Virus record (IMG/VR): IMGVR_UViG_3300042997_000909
Coordinates: 32,001 to 96,000 of that record
Direction: 5' to 3' (one strand)
Length of the DNA stretch: 64,000 bases
Source of the DNA: a virus
Lineage: Duplodnaviria; Caudoviricetes
Position numbers and translations under genes: made by a program. A model generated the notes under the pieces. That model was given only the letters and a program-made list of their open reading frames with translations. It was not told where the DNA came from and did not search any database. Shown piece by piece: positions 1-10,372 of the stretch (position 1 is its first letter; every line of letters starts with the position of its first letter).

Positions 1-360
1 ACGTTTAAATTTGCCAAATTTGTTGTTGTTCAACATCATACCATTCATACAAACTTTTACAAGACCACCTAGATTGAATCTAAATGCTAATTGTTTGTTG
101 TATGAATTAGTAAAATTAGCAGATAACTCAATATCTGGATCTGCTTTGTAATTCAATCTTAATGCACCTAAAGCAATTTGCCCATCATTAGTACATCTAT
201 AGTCTTCTCCTGTGATAATAAAACCAGCACTGGTTATTTCACTTCTCACACGATTAATCACACTTGCATGCGAGATAGGTGTGTAAGTATCTGTTTTCTC
301 TGGCAATGCAGTAGATAAGATTTTTGCATAGGCATCCATGCCACTTACTGTTCTTTTCAT
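1..360 (-). CDS. DUF932/DUF945-like protein (3' end runs off the window)
   Basis: Hand-translated from ATG at 360, which overlaps the polymerase stop (ATGA): MKRTVSG...TYTPISH...NSYNKQLAFRFNLGGLVKVCMNGM; the NS..K and VC.NG motifs fit this family. Confidence 0.6.
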   Translation of the reverse strand, partial: MKRTVSGMDAYAKILSTALPEKTDTYTPISHASVINRVRSEITSAGFIITGEDYRCTNDGQIALGALRLNYKADPDIELSANFTNSYNKQLAFRFNLGGLVKVCMNGMMLNNNKFGKFKR

Positions 361-2342
361 AATTCTAATTTTAATTGTTGATATAAGTTTGTTGGAATCA
401 CTTCAGATGTACTTTCAATTTTCTTGATTTCATCATAAATTTTGGTCAAGTAATACTTCTCATCTATATGATAATCTTCCCAAGAACGCATTTCTGCCTT
501 GTTGAATATTGTCTGTAGTATGGGGCCACTTTCTAATTGTATCTGTCTTCCATCAGGATTACACTTAACAATCTTTGTACCTTTCTTAGATACAAAATAT
601 CTGACAAGTTTTTGAAGTTTACGCTCATAATATTCACCAGCGTCTATTCCTTTTTCAATAAAATACCAGTCTCCTTTTATTTTGGAGCCAGTGCAATAGT
701 CAAATATGTTTCTGTTGCTTTGAAGATATTCTTTTGGATCAGTACCATTTACAAAATACTCATACCACGCTTTTGGTACTACAAGATTAGACTTGTTCTT
801 ATGTAAAGGAAGTTCTTCAAATTCAAACCTACCTTTACATTTTGTTTTACCATCTGCGTAAACAGCAATATAATTGTTCACGTCACCAATAATCATCTTC
901 TGATATTCAACAGACTCAAGTTGCAGTTGTGTTAAGTCTTCCCATTCTTTGCATATCTGAAAGAACAACTCTTCATCTTTTTCATCTATGTCAAATTCCA
1001 AACCATCTGTATTTTGCATCAGTGGTTTAGCATTTGGAATACGCGTTGTTATCATCTCATACAGCATGGATAAAAGCAACTGGCCATTTACAGTGATTCT
1101 GAAAGTTAATTCAGGATCATACAGAAATGAATACTTGCTCTTACTTAAACCATAAGTAGAATTCAACACAATCTTGAAAAGATAATTTAAAGGATTTGAC
1201 TTTGGATACTTCTTTCTTTCTTCAAAAAACCATTCATATAACTCACAGAAATCATCTTTTGGTATTTGTGCAGGAGACCATCTGTTTTTAATAGCTAAGT
1301 TAGGATAGTAACTAGTTACATCCACACTCAGAATCTTCCTACCAGGCCCTGGAACATATATACCAGAAGCAGTGCAACCATGGATACCACCTAAAGCATA
1401 ATCAGTAGGTACACCCTTGTGCATCATCCTGTACTTTGGTCCTTTCTTTTTAAGTTCTTCCTCACTACCATCAAGTATTGTTGTATCCACTACTAGGTTC
1501 TTAAACCAGTTATGTACACCAATAAATTCAGGAGTTTCAAACTTTACACAAGGTAGGATTATATCACGTATCACGACATTTTTGCGATAAGTTCGCATGT
1601 CTTTGATAAGCTTCTTGTTCATACCCAACTTGTCAGAAAGAAAGTGAAGAAATATCTCTTTTGAAATCTTAGGTTCACTTGCAGAATACAGATTTACATT
1701 ATAAGTTTCACTCAGCTTAGCACGCAAATTTATTTGCGATACCATCACCTTTGTACCCTTAGAATCTTTCATGTTAAAAATTGCCTTGGTTGACTTAACA
1801 TCATTGATACAATAGTTTACTATCATATCAAGCGTTTCATCGTCAAGCACTCTCTCATAATGAGGGTGAGGCATTTCTTCAACATTATGCCAATCCAATC
1901 CAAACTGAGTCCACTTCAAGGATGTACGCTTAGCGTTACTATCCCAGTGATTTAGTTTGAATATATCAACACATTTTACTGAAAGTTTGAATTCTGGGTA
2001 ATCAAGAAACTCTTTTCTGTCAGATTTACCAATAACATACTGTGCATATTCATACAACCTGTACGCCAAAGCTTCTGCGTCTGCTCGTGAACTGCTGAAC
2101 TCTTCTTCATTTGCTAATATGAACTCAGTAATCTGAGCATCAAATGCAAGATTGTTGTAGCCAAAATGCCAATCACCAGCTTTCTTAGACTCAATGAGAA
2201 ACTTAACAAATTCTGCAGCATCATTTCGCTCTCTGTTTATAACAAAAACCTTTCTCTCTTCAGAGTCATAACTTTCATATACAGCAACAAAACAATTGAC
2301 AATGGTCTCGTAGTCCATTACCCAGAATTCTCTACCTCTCAT
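357..2342 (-). CDS. polB: Family B DNA polymerase with 3'-5' exonuclease
   Basis: ExoI DYET, ExoII GYNNLAFD, ExoIII YCINDV, motif A DVTSYYP, motif B KIVLNSTYG, motif C NTDG. Confidence 0.95.
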   Translation of the reverse strand: MRGREFWVMDYETIVNCFVAVYESYDSEERKVFVINRERNDAAEFVKFLIESKKAGDWHFGYNNLAFDAQITEFILANEEEFSSSRADAEALAYRLYEYAQYVIGKSDRKEFLDYPEFKLSVKCVDIFKLNHWDSNAKRTSLKWTQFGLDWHNVEEMPHPHYERVLDDETLDMIVNYCINDVKSTKAIFNMKDSKGTKVMVSQINLRAKLSETYNVNLYSASEPKISKEIFLHFLSDKLGMNKKLIKDMRTYRKNVVIRDIILPCVKFETPEFIGVHNWFKNLVVDTTILDGSEEELKKKGPKYRMMHKGVPTDYALGGIHGCTASGIYVPGPGRKILSVDVTSYYPNLAIKNRWSPAQIPKDDFCELYEWFFEERKKYPKSNPLNYLFKIVLNSTYGLSKSKYSFLYDPELTFRITVNGQLLLSMLYEMITTRIPNAKPLMQNTDGLEFDIDEKDEELFFQICKEWEDLTQLQLESVEYQKMIIGDVNNYIAVYADGKTKCKGRFEFEELPLHKNKSNLVVPKAWYEYFVNGTDPKEYLQSNRNIFDYCTGSKIKGDWYFIEKGIDAGEYYERKLQKLVRYFVSKKGTKIVKCNPDGRQIQLESGPILQTIFNKAEMRSWEDYHIDEKYYLTKIYDEIKKIESTSEVIPTNLYQQLKLEL

Positions 2343-2794
2343 TACTTTTTCTCTTTTGCTTTCTTAATATTCTCTTTGATTTCAGTCACTTGCTCTTCAG
2401 TATGTGGATACGTACCCAACTCAAATGCTGAATGAAGTATGTCGCTAAATACTTTTGAATCATGATTAACTGCAAATCTTTGGACAAAAGCAACAATGTC
2501 ATTGATGTCTTCAAGGTAGTACTCATAATACGCAGGAATAACCACACGTTGTTCTTGCCATCCTTGGTTTCCATCAGCACGTTTTGTAGGAATAATATCA
2601 CCTTTGTCAGAAAGACGAGGCATCATCATTGGTTTATCCTTACTATCTTTTGAAATAACAGCAAGAATCTTTTGTTCTGGATCAAAGATTGCCTCATTGT
2701 AAGGACAGTCTTTGTGAATTGACATCATGCGAAATGAAGGTTTCTCATTCCATTTAGCAGCGTACACTGCCATGTTAGCTAAACTAGTGTTCAT
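2342..2794 (-). CDS. Hypothetical protein in replication module
   Basis: 150 aa ORF abutting the polB start. Confidence 0.75.
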   Translation of the reverse strand: MNTSLANMAVYAAKWNEKPSFRMMSIHKDCPYNEAIFDPEQKILAVISKDSKDKPMMMPRLSDKGDIIPTKRADGNQGWQEQRVVIPAYYEYYLEDINDIVAFVQRFAVNHDSKVFSDILHSAFELGTYPHTEEQVTEIKENIKKAKEKK

Positions 2795-2811
2795 ATATTT
2801 GTTTTTAAGCG

Positions 2812-3339
2812 TTACAGTTTAAATGTTTCTTTTTCTTTATCATGCTTGTCACAAAGTTCACCAACTTCTTGGAGCATTTGAACATCCACAAGAAGTATCT
2901 CAGCATATTGCTTGAAATACTTTTTAGGAAAAATAAAAGATTCAATATATACCCACTCAGGTGTGTGGATACCATAATAGTCAGATAAGTGCCTTTTGGC
3001 ATTCTGTGAGAATTTTGAATATTTACCTTGTAAAAACAGGTCATAATCATTTCCTACAGGATTCATGTCAAATATGTATGCTACTTTACCATCGCAAAGT
3101 GGCACAACATAATCAAACATTGTGTGTGTCATCAGTTTGTTTTTCTCAAAATTCAACCACTGATCTGTATCTTCTTTTTGGTAAATACAAACTAATTTCC
3201 TTTCAGAGTTTGGAAACTCCTCTGGCCAATGCAGATAAACTTGCACTGGCCTAGGGTCTTTTGTTCGCTTGAAACCAAGCAAAGGATACAAAAAGGTATA
3301 AGATTTTTGAAAGTAATGTTTATACATTTCTTTTATCAT
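2812..3339 (-). CDS. Hypothetical protein
   Basis: 175 aa ORF, start overlaps the upstream stop. Confidence 0.75.
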   Translation of the reverse strand: MIKEMYKHYFQKSYTFLYPLLGFKRTKDPRPVQVYLHWPEEFPNSERKLVCIYQKEDTDQWLNFEKNKLMTHTMFDYVVPLCDGKVAYIFDMNPVGNDYDLFLQGKYSKFSQNAKRHLSDYYGIHTPEWVYIESFIFPKKYFKQYAEILLVDVQMLQEVGELCDKHDKEKETFKL

Positions 3340-4379
3340 AGTACCAATTCATTATTGTTAGCGATAAACTTGTAAGGTAATTCAAAGTTCTTTGTCTCAA
3401 AGTGATACTTAGCCTCATCAAGCATCTTGTCAGTTTCTTCTTCCCACTTGGAAAGTGTTTCATCAGAAATTCTGATAGGAGCAATCTGCATAAATGGATC
3501 CACAACTAAGAATCTAAATACAATCTTGTATCCAAAATACTTAGGTTGAGATGTATACACATGCTCTACTAATTTCTTGTAAATTGCAGCCTGCATCCAG
3601 TACTTAAAGTACTCAATGCTCTCAGGAAATTGTGAAATGCTTTTACCTGTTTTCTTGAGGTCATTTACACGAATCTCTTTTGTAGCATGATCAATTACAA
3701 GATTGTCAACAATACCACGCAAACCAAAATGTGGATTGTCTGCGAATTTAACCAGCTGAATCTCATTGTGTTTTTCAACAGGTGAGAAAGAATCTGCAAA
3801 GAATCCCATTACATCCATAACTGGAACAGTTGATGTAATCTTTTCTACTACAGATTTACAGAAGTCATATACGTCTTGGTCAATAACCACACGTCCTTCT
3901 GCTTTCTTCAAATAATCCCAGTATGCAACATGCTTTGGGATAATCATTTTCTCTACTCTTTGTCCATCTGTTTTAAGAGACTGATAGAGATTGATATCTT
4001 TCAGAACATCAAGGATTGCTCCTGAAAATTCTTCAAGACTTTCACGCGTGTCACCATCTTTTTTTAATTCTTTATAATGATTAAAAATTGTGTGTAACAC
4101 ATTGCGTGGATTGTCACTTGGTAAGTCATCAACGCTTACAACAAATTGATTATCAAAGTCTTCTGGCTTTAATAATAAACAGTGAATGAGAGAACCCTCA
4201 ATCATGTTTTTGTCCATAACGTCTTCTTTTTGTCCTAATACATAGTGTTTATAAAATGCTGCTGGACTGAATGCTAGTTTGCTTAAACCAGAGTAAGACA
4301 TTAAAAAGTCTTTGTCAAAAAATTCTTGTTCCTTCTGAATACGCTCAGAAAGAGTTACTTGTGCTACAAATTTTCCCAT
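3336..4379 (-). CDS. PD-(D/E)XK exonuclease (RecE/ExoVIII-like)
   Basis: SYSGLS, GSLIHCLLL, LRGIVD...NDLKKT, YWMQAAIY motifs. Confidence 0.8.
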   Translation of the reverse strand: MGKFVAQVTLSERIQKEQEFFDKDFLMSYSGLSKLAFSPAAFYKHYVLGQKEDVMDKNMIEGSLIHCLLLKPEDFDNQFVVSVDDLPSDNPRNVLHTIFNHYKELKKDGDTRESLEEFSGAILDVLKDINLYQSLKTDGQRVEKMIIPKHVAYWDYLKKAEGRVVIDQDVYDFCKSVVEKITSTVPVMDVMGFFADSFSPVEKHNEIQLVKFADNPHFGLRGIVDNLVIDHATKEIRVNDLKKTGKSISQFPESIEYFKYWMQAAIYKKLVEHVYTSQPKYFGYKIVFRFLVVDPFMQIAPIRISDETLSKWEEETDKMLDEAKYHFETKNFELPYKFIANNNELVL

Positions 4380-4384
4380 AATTT

Positions 4385-4849
4385 CTATTGATTACAATTT
4401 TCCATATCTGATGGAAAGTACTTGCCCATGATGTTACCATTGTAACTGTTAGCAGTTAAAACATCATTCTTCATCTGGTGTGACACTTCACAATATCCTA
4501 GATACTTTTTGGAACAACATACTTCCAAAATCTCACGTTTGAAATAACTTGGTCCTGCAACTTCTAATTCAAATAGAAGCTCATCACATGAACCATAGTA
4601 AGATTTCCAGTTTGATTCTTTTACTACACGCTTAAAAGTTTTTCTAGTCTTTGTCTGCGTTTTCTCTCTATTAGAGATCTTTGTCTTTCTCTCACTGTAT
4701 AGACTTTTTTTACCTATGTAAAATCTTCCAGTAACTGTGTTGGTTATTTTGTAAACAAATCCAACAGCTTCCTCGTAATGTGGCAAGTCTTCTATAGATA
4801 GAATCTCCTTACCTAAACCACCTTGTGGCTTGTAAATCCAATTGTTCAT
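4385..4849 (-). CDS. GIY-YIG endonuclease (free-standing, Seg-like)
   Basis: GFVYKITN..TGRFYIGKK, YYGS, REILE, YNGNI; start moved to the ATG at 4849. Confidence 0.85.
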   Translation of the reverse strand: MNNWIYKPQGGLGKEILSIEDLPHYEEAVGFVYKITNTVTGRFYIGKKSLYSERKTKISNREKTQTKTRKTFKRVVKESNWKSYYGSCDELLFELEVAGPSYFKREILEVCCSKKYLGYCEVSHQMKNDVLTANSYNGNIMGKYFPSDMENCNQ

Positions 4850-4872
4850 AAAGTTGATGCTTAGACGCAAAC

Positions 4873-5877
4873 TTAAGGATTTTTTTTGACATATTTTTCT
4901 ATTGCGTTCTGCAGTTTTGGATAAAAATCATACAGTGCAACTTGTTTACCGTGATGTTTTACAATATCACTTATGTCTTTTTCTCTTGGCAAATATATGA
5001 AAGGCAGATTATGTTCTTCCTCATACTTTTTCATAGATTTTATACCAGCTTCATCGCTATCCATACATGTAATAACATACTTGTAGGCTTCTTTGAATCC
5101 TTCAATCTGTGACAGATTTAATTTAGTGCTCTCACTGTTTGGTGCTACACAATCTATTGTCAAACCTAGACTCTTAATAGTCATCACATCTTTCAATGAT
5201 GACGCCACTACCAATGTATCATGGCCTTCTAGTTGATTAATACCCTGAGTGTAGTTTCCATCTTGTAAAAAGAACTTGAAACGTTTTGCTTTTGGATTAT
5301 ATACCTTGTATAACTTATCCTCATTGAAATAACCATAGATATTGTCACCAAAGTTCTCAATCACATTTGATACTTCACTTGTTTCTGTATTTACTTGCGC
5401 AATCTTGTAATGCTCAAGTGGAACCACTCCATACTTGTTGAGTAAGCTGCTACCAATATTATATTGTAACCAGAATTTTGCATCATACTCATACCAGTTA
5501 CGTACTTTAAAGTCAATTACTGACCATCTTGTATTAACTGCAGTTATTTCTAATGCAATGTATTTACCTGTTTTACAAAATTCATAATAATCGTTGACAA
5601 TTTTCTCACAAGCTTTTTGAAATGAAAGACCATACAGTTCTTCTACAAGCTTAGCACCATCTCCTGATTTACCAGTTGAGTGGCACTTGTATACAATCTT
5701 ATTTGTGACTTGATTATAATACACAAACATTGAAGGAGTTTTGTCATTAACATTGAAAATGCTTTTGACTCTTAGCGATCTGCCAGTGAAATCATGCGGT
5801 AGACCAAGGTAATACTTAAAAATCCATGCATCTGGTACATCTTCTATTGACTTAAAATACTTTCTGCTTGAAAACAT
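4873..5877 (-). CDS. dnaG: DNA primase (TOPRIM)
   Basis: Degenerate Zn-finger (DKTPSM..YKCHSTG), SSLKDVM, APNSE, DSDEAG, KDISD. Confidence 0.85.
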   Translation of the reverse strand: MFSSRKYFKSIEDVPDAWIFKYYLGLPHDFTGRSLRVKSIFNVNDKTPSMFVYYNQVTNKIVYKCHSTGKSGDGAKLVEELYGLSFQKACEKIVNDYYEFCKTGKYIALEITAVNTRWSVIDFKVRNWYEYDAKFWLQYNIGSSLLNKYGVVPLEHYKIAQVNTETSEVSNVIENFGDNIYGYFNEDKLYKVYNPKAKRFKFFLQDGNYTQGINQLEGHDTLVVASSLKDVMTIKSLGLTIDCVAPNSESTKLNLSQIEGFKEAYKYVITCMDSDEAGIKSMKKYEEEHNLPFIYLPREKDISDIVKHHGKQVALYDFYPKLQNAIEKYVKKNP

Positions 5878-5945
5878 ACTACAAATCTATAAAAAGAAAA
5901 AAGGGTAAGCATTACACTCACCCTCTTAACTTTTGAAATTATTAC

Positions 5946-6719
5946 TTAGCTACCAAATGGTAACTCAATATCACTTATTGGTGTGTCACCTGGATTAGGA
6001 AAATCATTCATAATTGACTCATCTTGAGATGGCTGTGCAACAGTTGGTTCAAAAGACTGAACTTCTTTTTTCTCTTCTGTTTCTGGCTTATCTTTTGAAG
6101 GAACAATGTGTGCTTCATGATCATACGCGATCAAGTTCAATGATTTTCTGTCATCATCTTCTAATGCAGAGAAAGGATATAGATTCTTGCGAGCTTCTAC
6201 TTTAGGGAAGAACAATCTATAATTTGGTGTACTGTATCCTTCATTGAAATACTCAGCACCTCCAACTGTAAAGTAACCCCACAATTCTGGATCAATAAGA
6301 TACTTGCGTACTTCCATTACATATTCCTCAATAGTATCACCTTCTACACCTTTTTCATTCATTTTCTGAAGAATTCCCATCTGTTTTGCAACATTGTTCA
6401 TCCAGTTGTATATCTGATTGTCTCTTTGGATAACACGTCCCTCATAAGTATACGTGCTAAAAGGATAACGTGCAGATTTCACATTACCAATCTGACCTCT
6501 GTACTTGCCAAGACTTGGATTGTTTTTATCAACATCCAAACCTTCAAACTCATCACCTCTATCAACACCTTCTAATTTGAGGACAACAAAGTAAGCTTCT
6601 TTGTCATATGCAGGTGCATCAAGATAAACATCTGTTATTCTACAATAATGCGTTCCTGGTTGTAAAATTTTAGGAACACCACCGCTTACTTTTTCCTTAA
6701 AATCGCTAGACTTAAACAT
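5946..6719 (-). CDS. Putative single-stranded DNA-binding protein
   Basis: Lies between the AAA ATPase and primase; acidic tail ending DIELPFGS. Confidence 0.55.
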   Translation of the reverse strand: MFKSSDFKEKVSGGVPKILQPGTHYCRITDVYLDAPAYDKEAYFVVLKLEGVDRGDEFEGLDVDKNNPSLGKYRGQIGNVKSARYPFSTYTYEGRVIQRDNQIYNWMNNVAKQMGILQKMNEKGVEGDTIEEYVMEVRKYLIDPELWGYFTVGGAEYFNEGYSTPNYRLFFPKVEARKNLYPFSALEDDDRKSLNLIAYDHEAHIVPSKDKPETEEKKEVQSFEPTVAQPSQDESIMNDFPNPGDTPISDIELPFGS

Positions 6720-6738
6720 AATTTTTCTTTTTTAAATG

Positions 6739-7521
6739 TTAATCAATATAAACTTTATCCCAGTTTGTCACAATCTTGCCATCTGCGTCTGGTTCAGAGA
6801 TGACAATTTCTTGATTTCTCAAGTGCTCAGGGCGTGCGCCACAAGCGATTTCGTCAGTTGTCAAAAAGCTAAGAACGTTCTTTTTACCTTTTCTGTAAAT
6901 GTATCCAATAGCATCTGAGTTGGATGTAGTGATACGCTTTAACTTACCTGTCAAATCAAGATCAAGTGAGTTAAACTCTGCACCATTCTTCTCTAGTAGA
7001 GTATCTTTGATGTGACCAACAAAAATAACATGAGGTGCTAAGGTTTTGACATAATTAAGAACTTTCTCAAAAGCTTGACGTAACCAAGGGTATCCCGCAC
7101 CATTTGGCATATTCAAGATATTGCCATACTGTGCTTTGTGTTTGGTAAACCATTCTTTACCCATAAGAGTTTTTGAATACAATTCTTCTGCATAAGGAAC
7201 ACATAATGTTTCCAACGCAGTAATAGTATCCAACGCAATGTACTTATAAGGTTTACCTGCATCAGTTATCATGTTACCAATAGTAACAATATCTGCTATA
7301 GATTTTGCTTTAAGTTTCATTGCCTCAACATAATCAGTACCATCTTCCAAGTCAATGATAAGACAGTTGTCAAGTTGTGACAACAAAGTTGTTTTACCAA
7401 CTTTAGGTTTACTAAAGATTACAAGATTCTTTGGACTCTTTACTTCAGCTTTTGTTCTATTCATTGGAAGAACAAAACCTGCTGGCTTTGCTTCTGGATG
7501 TTGTTCTTTACTTGTTGACAT
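6739..7521 (-). CDS. AAA_24 / Sak4-like ATPase (recombinase)
   Basis: Walker A SKPKVGKTT, IDLEDG, ALDTIT, VGH, DAIGY. Confidence 0.8.
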   Translation of the reverse strand: MSTSKEQHPEAKPAGFVLPMNRTKAEVKSPKNLVIFSKPKVGKTTLLSQLDNCLIIDLEDGTDYVEAMKLKAKSIADIVTIGNMITDAGKPYKYIALDTITALETLCVPYAEELYSKTLMGKEWFTKHKAQYGNILNMPNGAGYPWLRQAFEKVLNYVKTLAPHVIFVGHIKDTLLEKNGAEFNSLDLDLTGKLKRITTSNSDAIGYIYRKGKKNVLSFLTTDEIACGARPEHLRNQEIVISEPDADGKIVTNWDKVYID

Positions 7522-8143
7522 ACGCTTTGCTTTGTTTGATTAACTCATTTAACCACGTCTTGTTAGACAATGGAATATTGTGCTTGATACAGTAATAGTC
7601 ACGCATAGTCATTGCGCTGTAGTGGGTATCTTCTTTCTCAGAATACATTCCACCAGGAAATAAATCTTCTTCAGTCTCCATCATTACTGCTGGAGCTGGA
7701 ACTTTTACTACCTCTGCATAAGCAGCAGTTACAGATGTACTGTTAACAAGCTCCAAGTCAGTCAACCTAATCGCATAAGTTGTAGACGTTTTACCATCGC
7801 TAGATGTTTCTACTCCTACATACTTTTTAGGATTAAGTGCCCAGTTTGGATTGTTAACCAATCTGTACAATTTTCTAGTACTACGGTCATAGTGCTCTTT
7901 ATCCCAGTCAAACAACTCCACATAGAAGTCTTGACCACAAGATAATTCACTTGTCCAAAAACGTACACATTCTACTCTTTCATCTCCAAACTCTTTTCCC
8001 ATGTAGCAGAGCTTAGCACCAAACTTTGGACTGGAGATGCCCATGTTGGTGAATAAGGTTTGCCAGAAAGGTGCATACTCTGCAGTAATTTCCTTAATGT
8101 GCTTTTCCTTTTTTGGCTCTGATACAGCTTTAAAACTACTCAT
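7508..8143 (-). CDS. Hypothetical protein
   Basis: 211 aa ORF with C-terminal MTMRDYY motif. Confidence 0.7.
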   Translation of the reverse strand: MSSFKAVSEPKKEKHIKEITAEYAPFWQTLFTNMGISSPKFGAKLCYMGKEFGDERVECVRFWTSELSCGQDFYVELFDWDKEHYDRSTRKLYRLVNNPNWALNPKKYVGVETSSDGKTSTTYAIRLTDLELVNSTSVTAAYAEVVKVPAPAVMMETEEDLFPGGMYSEKEDTHYSAMTMRDYYCIKHNIPLSNKTWLNELIKQSKAYVNK

Positions 8144-8163
8144 TTGCTAAAATTTAATTATTA

Positions 8164-9183
8164 CTACTTCGCTTTAAATGGTTCCTTATCAGGTTCATCC
8201 ACTTCAACAATTTCCATTCTTGCATAGTCTGCCTTATACCATTGAATACTTGTCTCTCCAAACCTGTTTTTGAGAACATGCATCGCTAGTAAAAACCTGT
8301 CACTTGCGCCTATGATGTACTTTTGAGGGCCATACCTACTTATGTTATACTTGGCTGGCCTGTTATATGCAACCATGACGTCTGCACATTGTAAGAGATA
8401 GTCGCTTCCAAAGACATCTGCCTCAGTTGGAAAATTCTCCAACTTACCTGGCTTTTGTCTTTCAGCATTGTCAATTTCTCTATTTAACTGAGTAAGAATT
8501 ATGAATGTCACAGGTAGTGAATTCTTCATCTCAGTCAACATTGTGGCAAGATTCTGCAATGTAATTTGTTTACTTGTTTCTGAAGCTGATTGGCGAACCA
8601 ACAGTGTGTGGTCAAGCGTTACCACAAAAGGTTTTTTATGTTCCTCATAAAATTTCACAAGCCAGTGTCTCATTTCTGACACAGTCATTGATCTATCTAT
8701 GACATACTCTTTACGTGTTTTTTGTTTACCAAGATATTCCACTAGTTTTGCGTGATCGCCTTTGGAAAAAGCAGGCATTCCATCATCTTCTGCAGACTGT
8801 AGATATCTAATATCCATGTTGTTTGCTGAAGACAATTCTCTAATACCCATGTTTCTTCCTAGCATTTCAAATTGAAAATGCAAAACCATGAAGTCTTGGT
8901 CAGTATTTAATTCTTGTAACTTTCTGGTTAATGTTGCTGCGACAAGTGTCTTACCAACACCAGGTCTTGCTGCAAGAATATACAATGATTGCCATTCTAT
9001 ACCATTTAAACCTATGGTATTAAATCCTTCCCAAGAAGTTTTGAGGGACTTTATTTCTTTTCTTGCACGTTTCTCAATGTACGCAAGGCTTTCTTCTAGT
9101 ATATCGCTATATTTTCGCCATGGTTTTTGATGAGGCATAGGTGCAGGAGAACCTGGAGAACCAGTCTCAAATTTGTTATACAT
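8164..9183 (-). CDS. dnaB: DnaB-like replicative helicase (C-terminal domain only)
   Basis: AARPGVGKT, FEM, LDH, LTQLNR, KNRFGE; ATG at 9183 lies downstream of a TATATTTG promoter box. Confidence 0.9.
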   Translation of the reverse strand: MYNKFETGSPGSPAPMPHQKPWRKYSDILEESLAYIEKRARKEIKSLKTSWEGFNTIGLNGIEWQSLYILAARPGVGKTLVAATLTRKLQELNTDQDFMVLHFQFEMLGRNMGIRELSSANNMDIRYLQSAEDDGMPAFSKGDHAKLVEYLGKQKTRKEYVIDRSMTVSEMRHWLVKFYEEHKKPFVVTLDHTLLVRQSASETSKQITLQNLATMLTEMKNSLPVTFIILTQLNREIDNAERQKPGKLENFPTEADVFGSDYLLQCADVMVAYNRPAKYNISRYGPQKYIIGASDRFLLAMHVLKNRFGETSIQWYKADYARMEIVEVDEPDKEPFKAK

Positions 9184-9225
9184 AAAGTGAATTTTGATAA
9201 ACAAATATACTAAAAATATTCTGCA

Positions 9226-9969
9226 CTACCATAAAATTTTGGTAGAACCTAGGCCATCAAGTTCAGAATTTATCTTGTTGAATATATCATTGCAGTCCCA
9301 CATTTTCTCACGTGCATATGCAGCTGAGGCAGGGTGACTTGCTCTTAAGATAATTTGAGAATCATCTAAAAGATCCTCTAATTCTTGTGCTTTCTTGCCT
9401 AAAAATGCCCAGACAATGGGTTTTTCTGCGTTTATAGACCTTGAATTTAACATGTCTATAAGATACTTCACAAATGGATCCCATATTGCAAAGTGCTTTC
9501 CAATTTTACCTACCTCTGTGGTAAGCGATGTGTTTAGCATAAGAACACCCTGACGACTCCACTCAACTAAGTCTACATTTAAGTCTTTTGTGTTGTCATT
9601 GTCATAAACTGTCTTTGCTATTGCGCGATGAATATAACGTAATGATGCTTCAGGTTTGCCTGTGTTACCACAACTAAATGCGATACCATCTGCAACACCT
9701 AACTGAGGGTAAGGATCTTGACCAACCACAATTACCTTGAGTTTATCAAGAGGACATTCAGAAAAAGCTCTGAATATCATTCTGAGTGGTGGCGTAAACC
9801 TTATGTCCTCATTTACAAGACCTTCAAGAGTCTTTATTATTGTCACAAAATCTTCAGATACTAAAAATCCTTTTAGCAAGTCATGCCATCCTGAGTCACT
9901 TGACTTTAGCATTTTGTACATCTTATCTGCAACATCTGCAGCGTCAAGTTTGATTGTTTGTTTTTCCAT
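9226..9969 (-). CDS. ung: Uracil-DNA glycosylase, family 1
   Basis: GQDPY, GIAFS, QGVLMLN, SHPAS; start set at MEKQ (9969). Confidence 0.92.
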   Translation of the reverse strand: MEKQTIKLDAADVADKMYKMLKSSDSGWHDLLKGFLVSEDFVTIIKTLEGLVNEDIRFTPPLRMIFRAFSECPLDKLKVIVVGQDPYPQLGVADGIAFSCGNTGKPEASLRYIHRAIAKTVYDNDNTKDLNVDLVEWSRQGVLMLNTSLTTEVGKIGKHFAIWDPFVKYLIDMLNSRSINAEKPIVWAFLGKKAQELEDLLDDSQIILRASHPASAAYAREKMWDCNDIFNKINSELDGLGSTKILW

Positions 9970-10003
9970 AACTTTTAGTAACTTTGAATAAAATAATAAT
10001 ATT

Positions 10004-10372
10004 ATGTCAGAAGAAGTAGTAAACTCGTTGTTACCATCTGGTGCAGATGACCAAGTGGTAGAAGTAATTAAAGAAGATGCTATTGTAAGTATCAAAATGA
10101 GTACAGGTTACTATAAAAGAATTCAAAACGTTATTGCGTTTCTTTTAGAAGGTAAACCAGTTTCTCAAATACAAGCATCTCACCAAGCTATTGCTGCGCG
10201 CAATATAACAGAACCTTGGATTGTTCAATATGAAACCTTGTTGATTCTCTGTAGAGAATTTGAAAAGGCAGCTAAAGAAGGTGACTTTCTTGAAAAGATG
10301 ACTATTGCTGAACTTCGCGATGCTATGGAAAAAGCAGAAGCAAGAGCAGAAGCTGAGTCAAAAGATCAATAA
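10004..10372 (+). CDS. Hypothetical protein (only plus-strand gene in the replication block)
   Basis: 122 aa ORF with its own TAACTTTG box at 9979-9986 and an A-rich leader. Confidence 0.75.
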   Translation: MSEEVVNSLLPSGADDQVVEVIKEDAIVSIKMSTGYYKRIQNVIAFLLEGKPVSQIQASHQAIAARNITEPWIVQYETLLILCREFEKAAKEGDFLEKMTIAELRDAMEKAEARAEAESKDQ

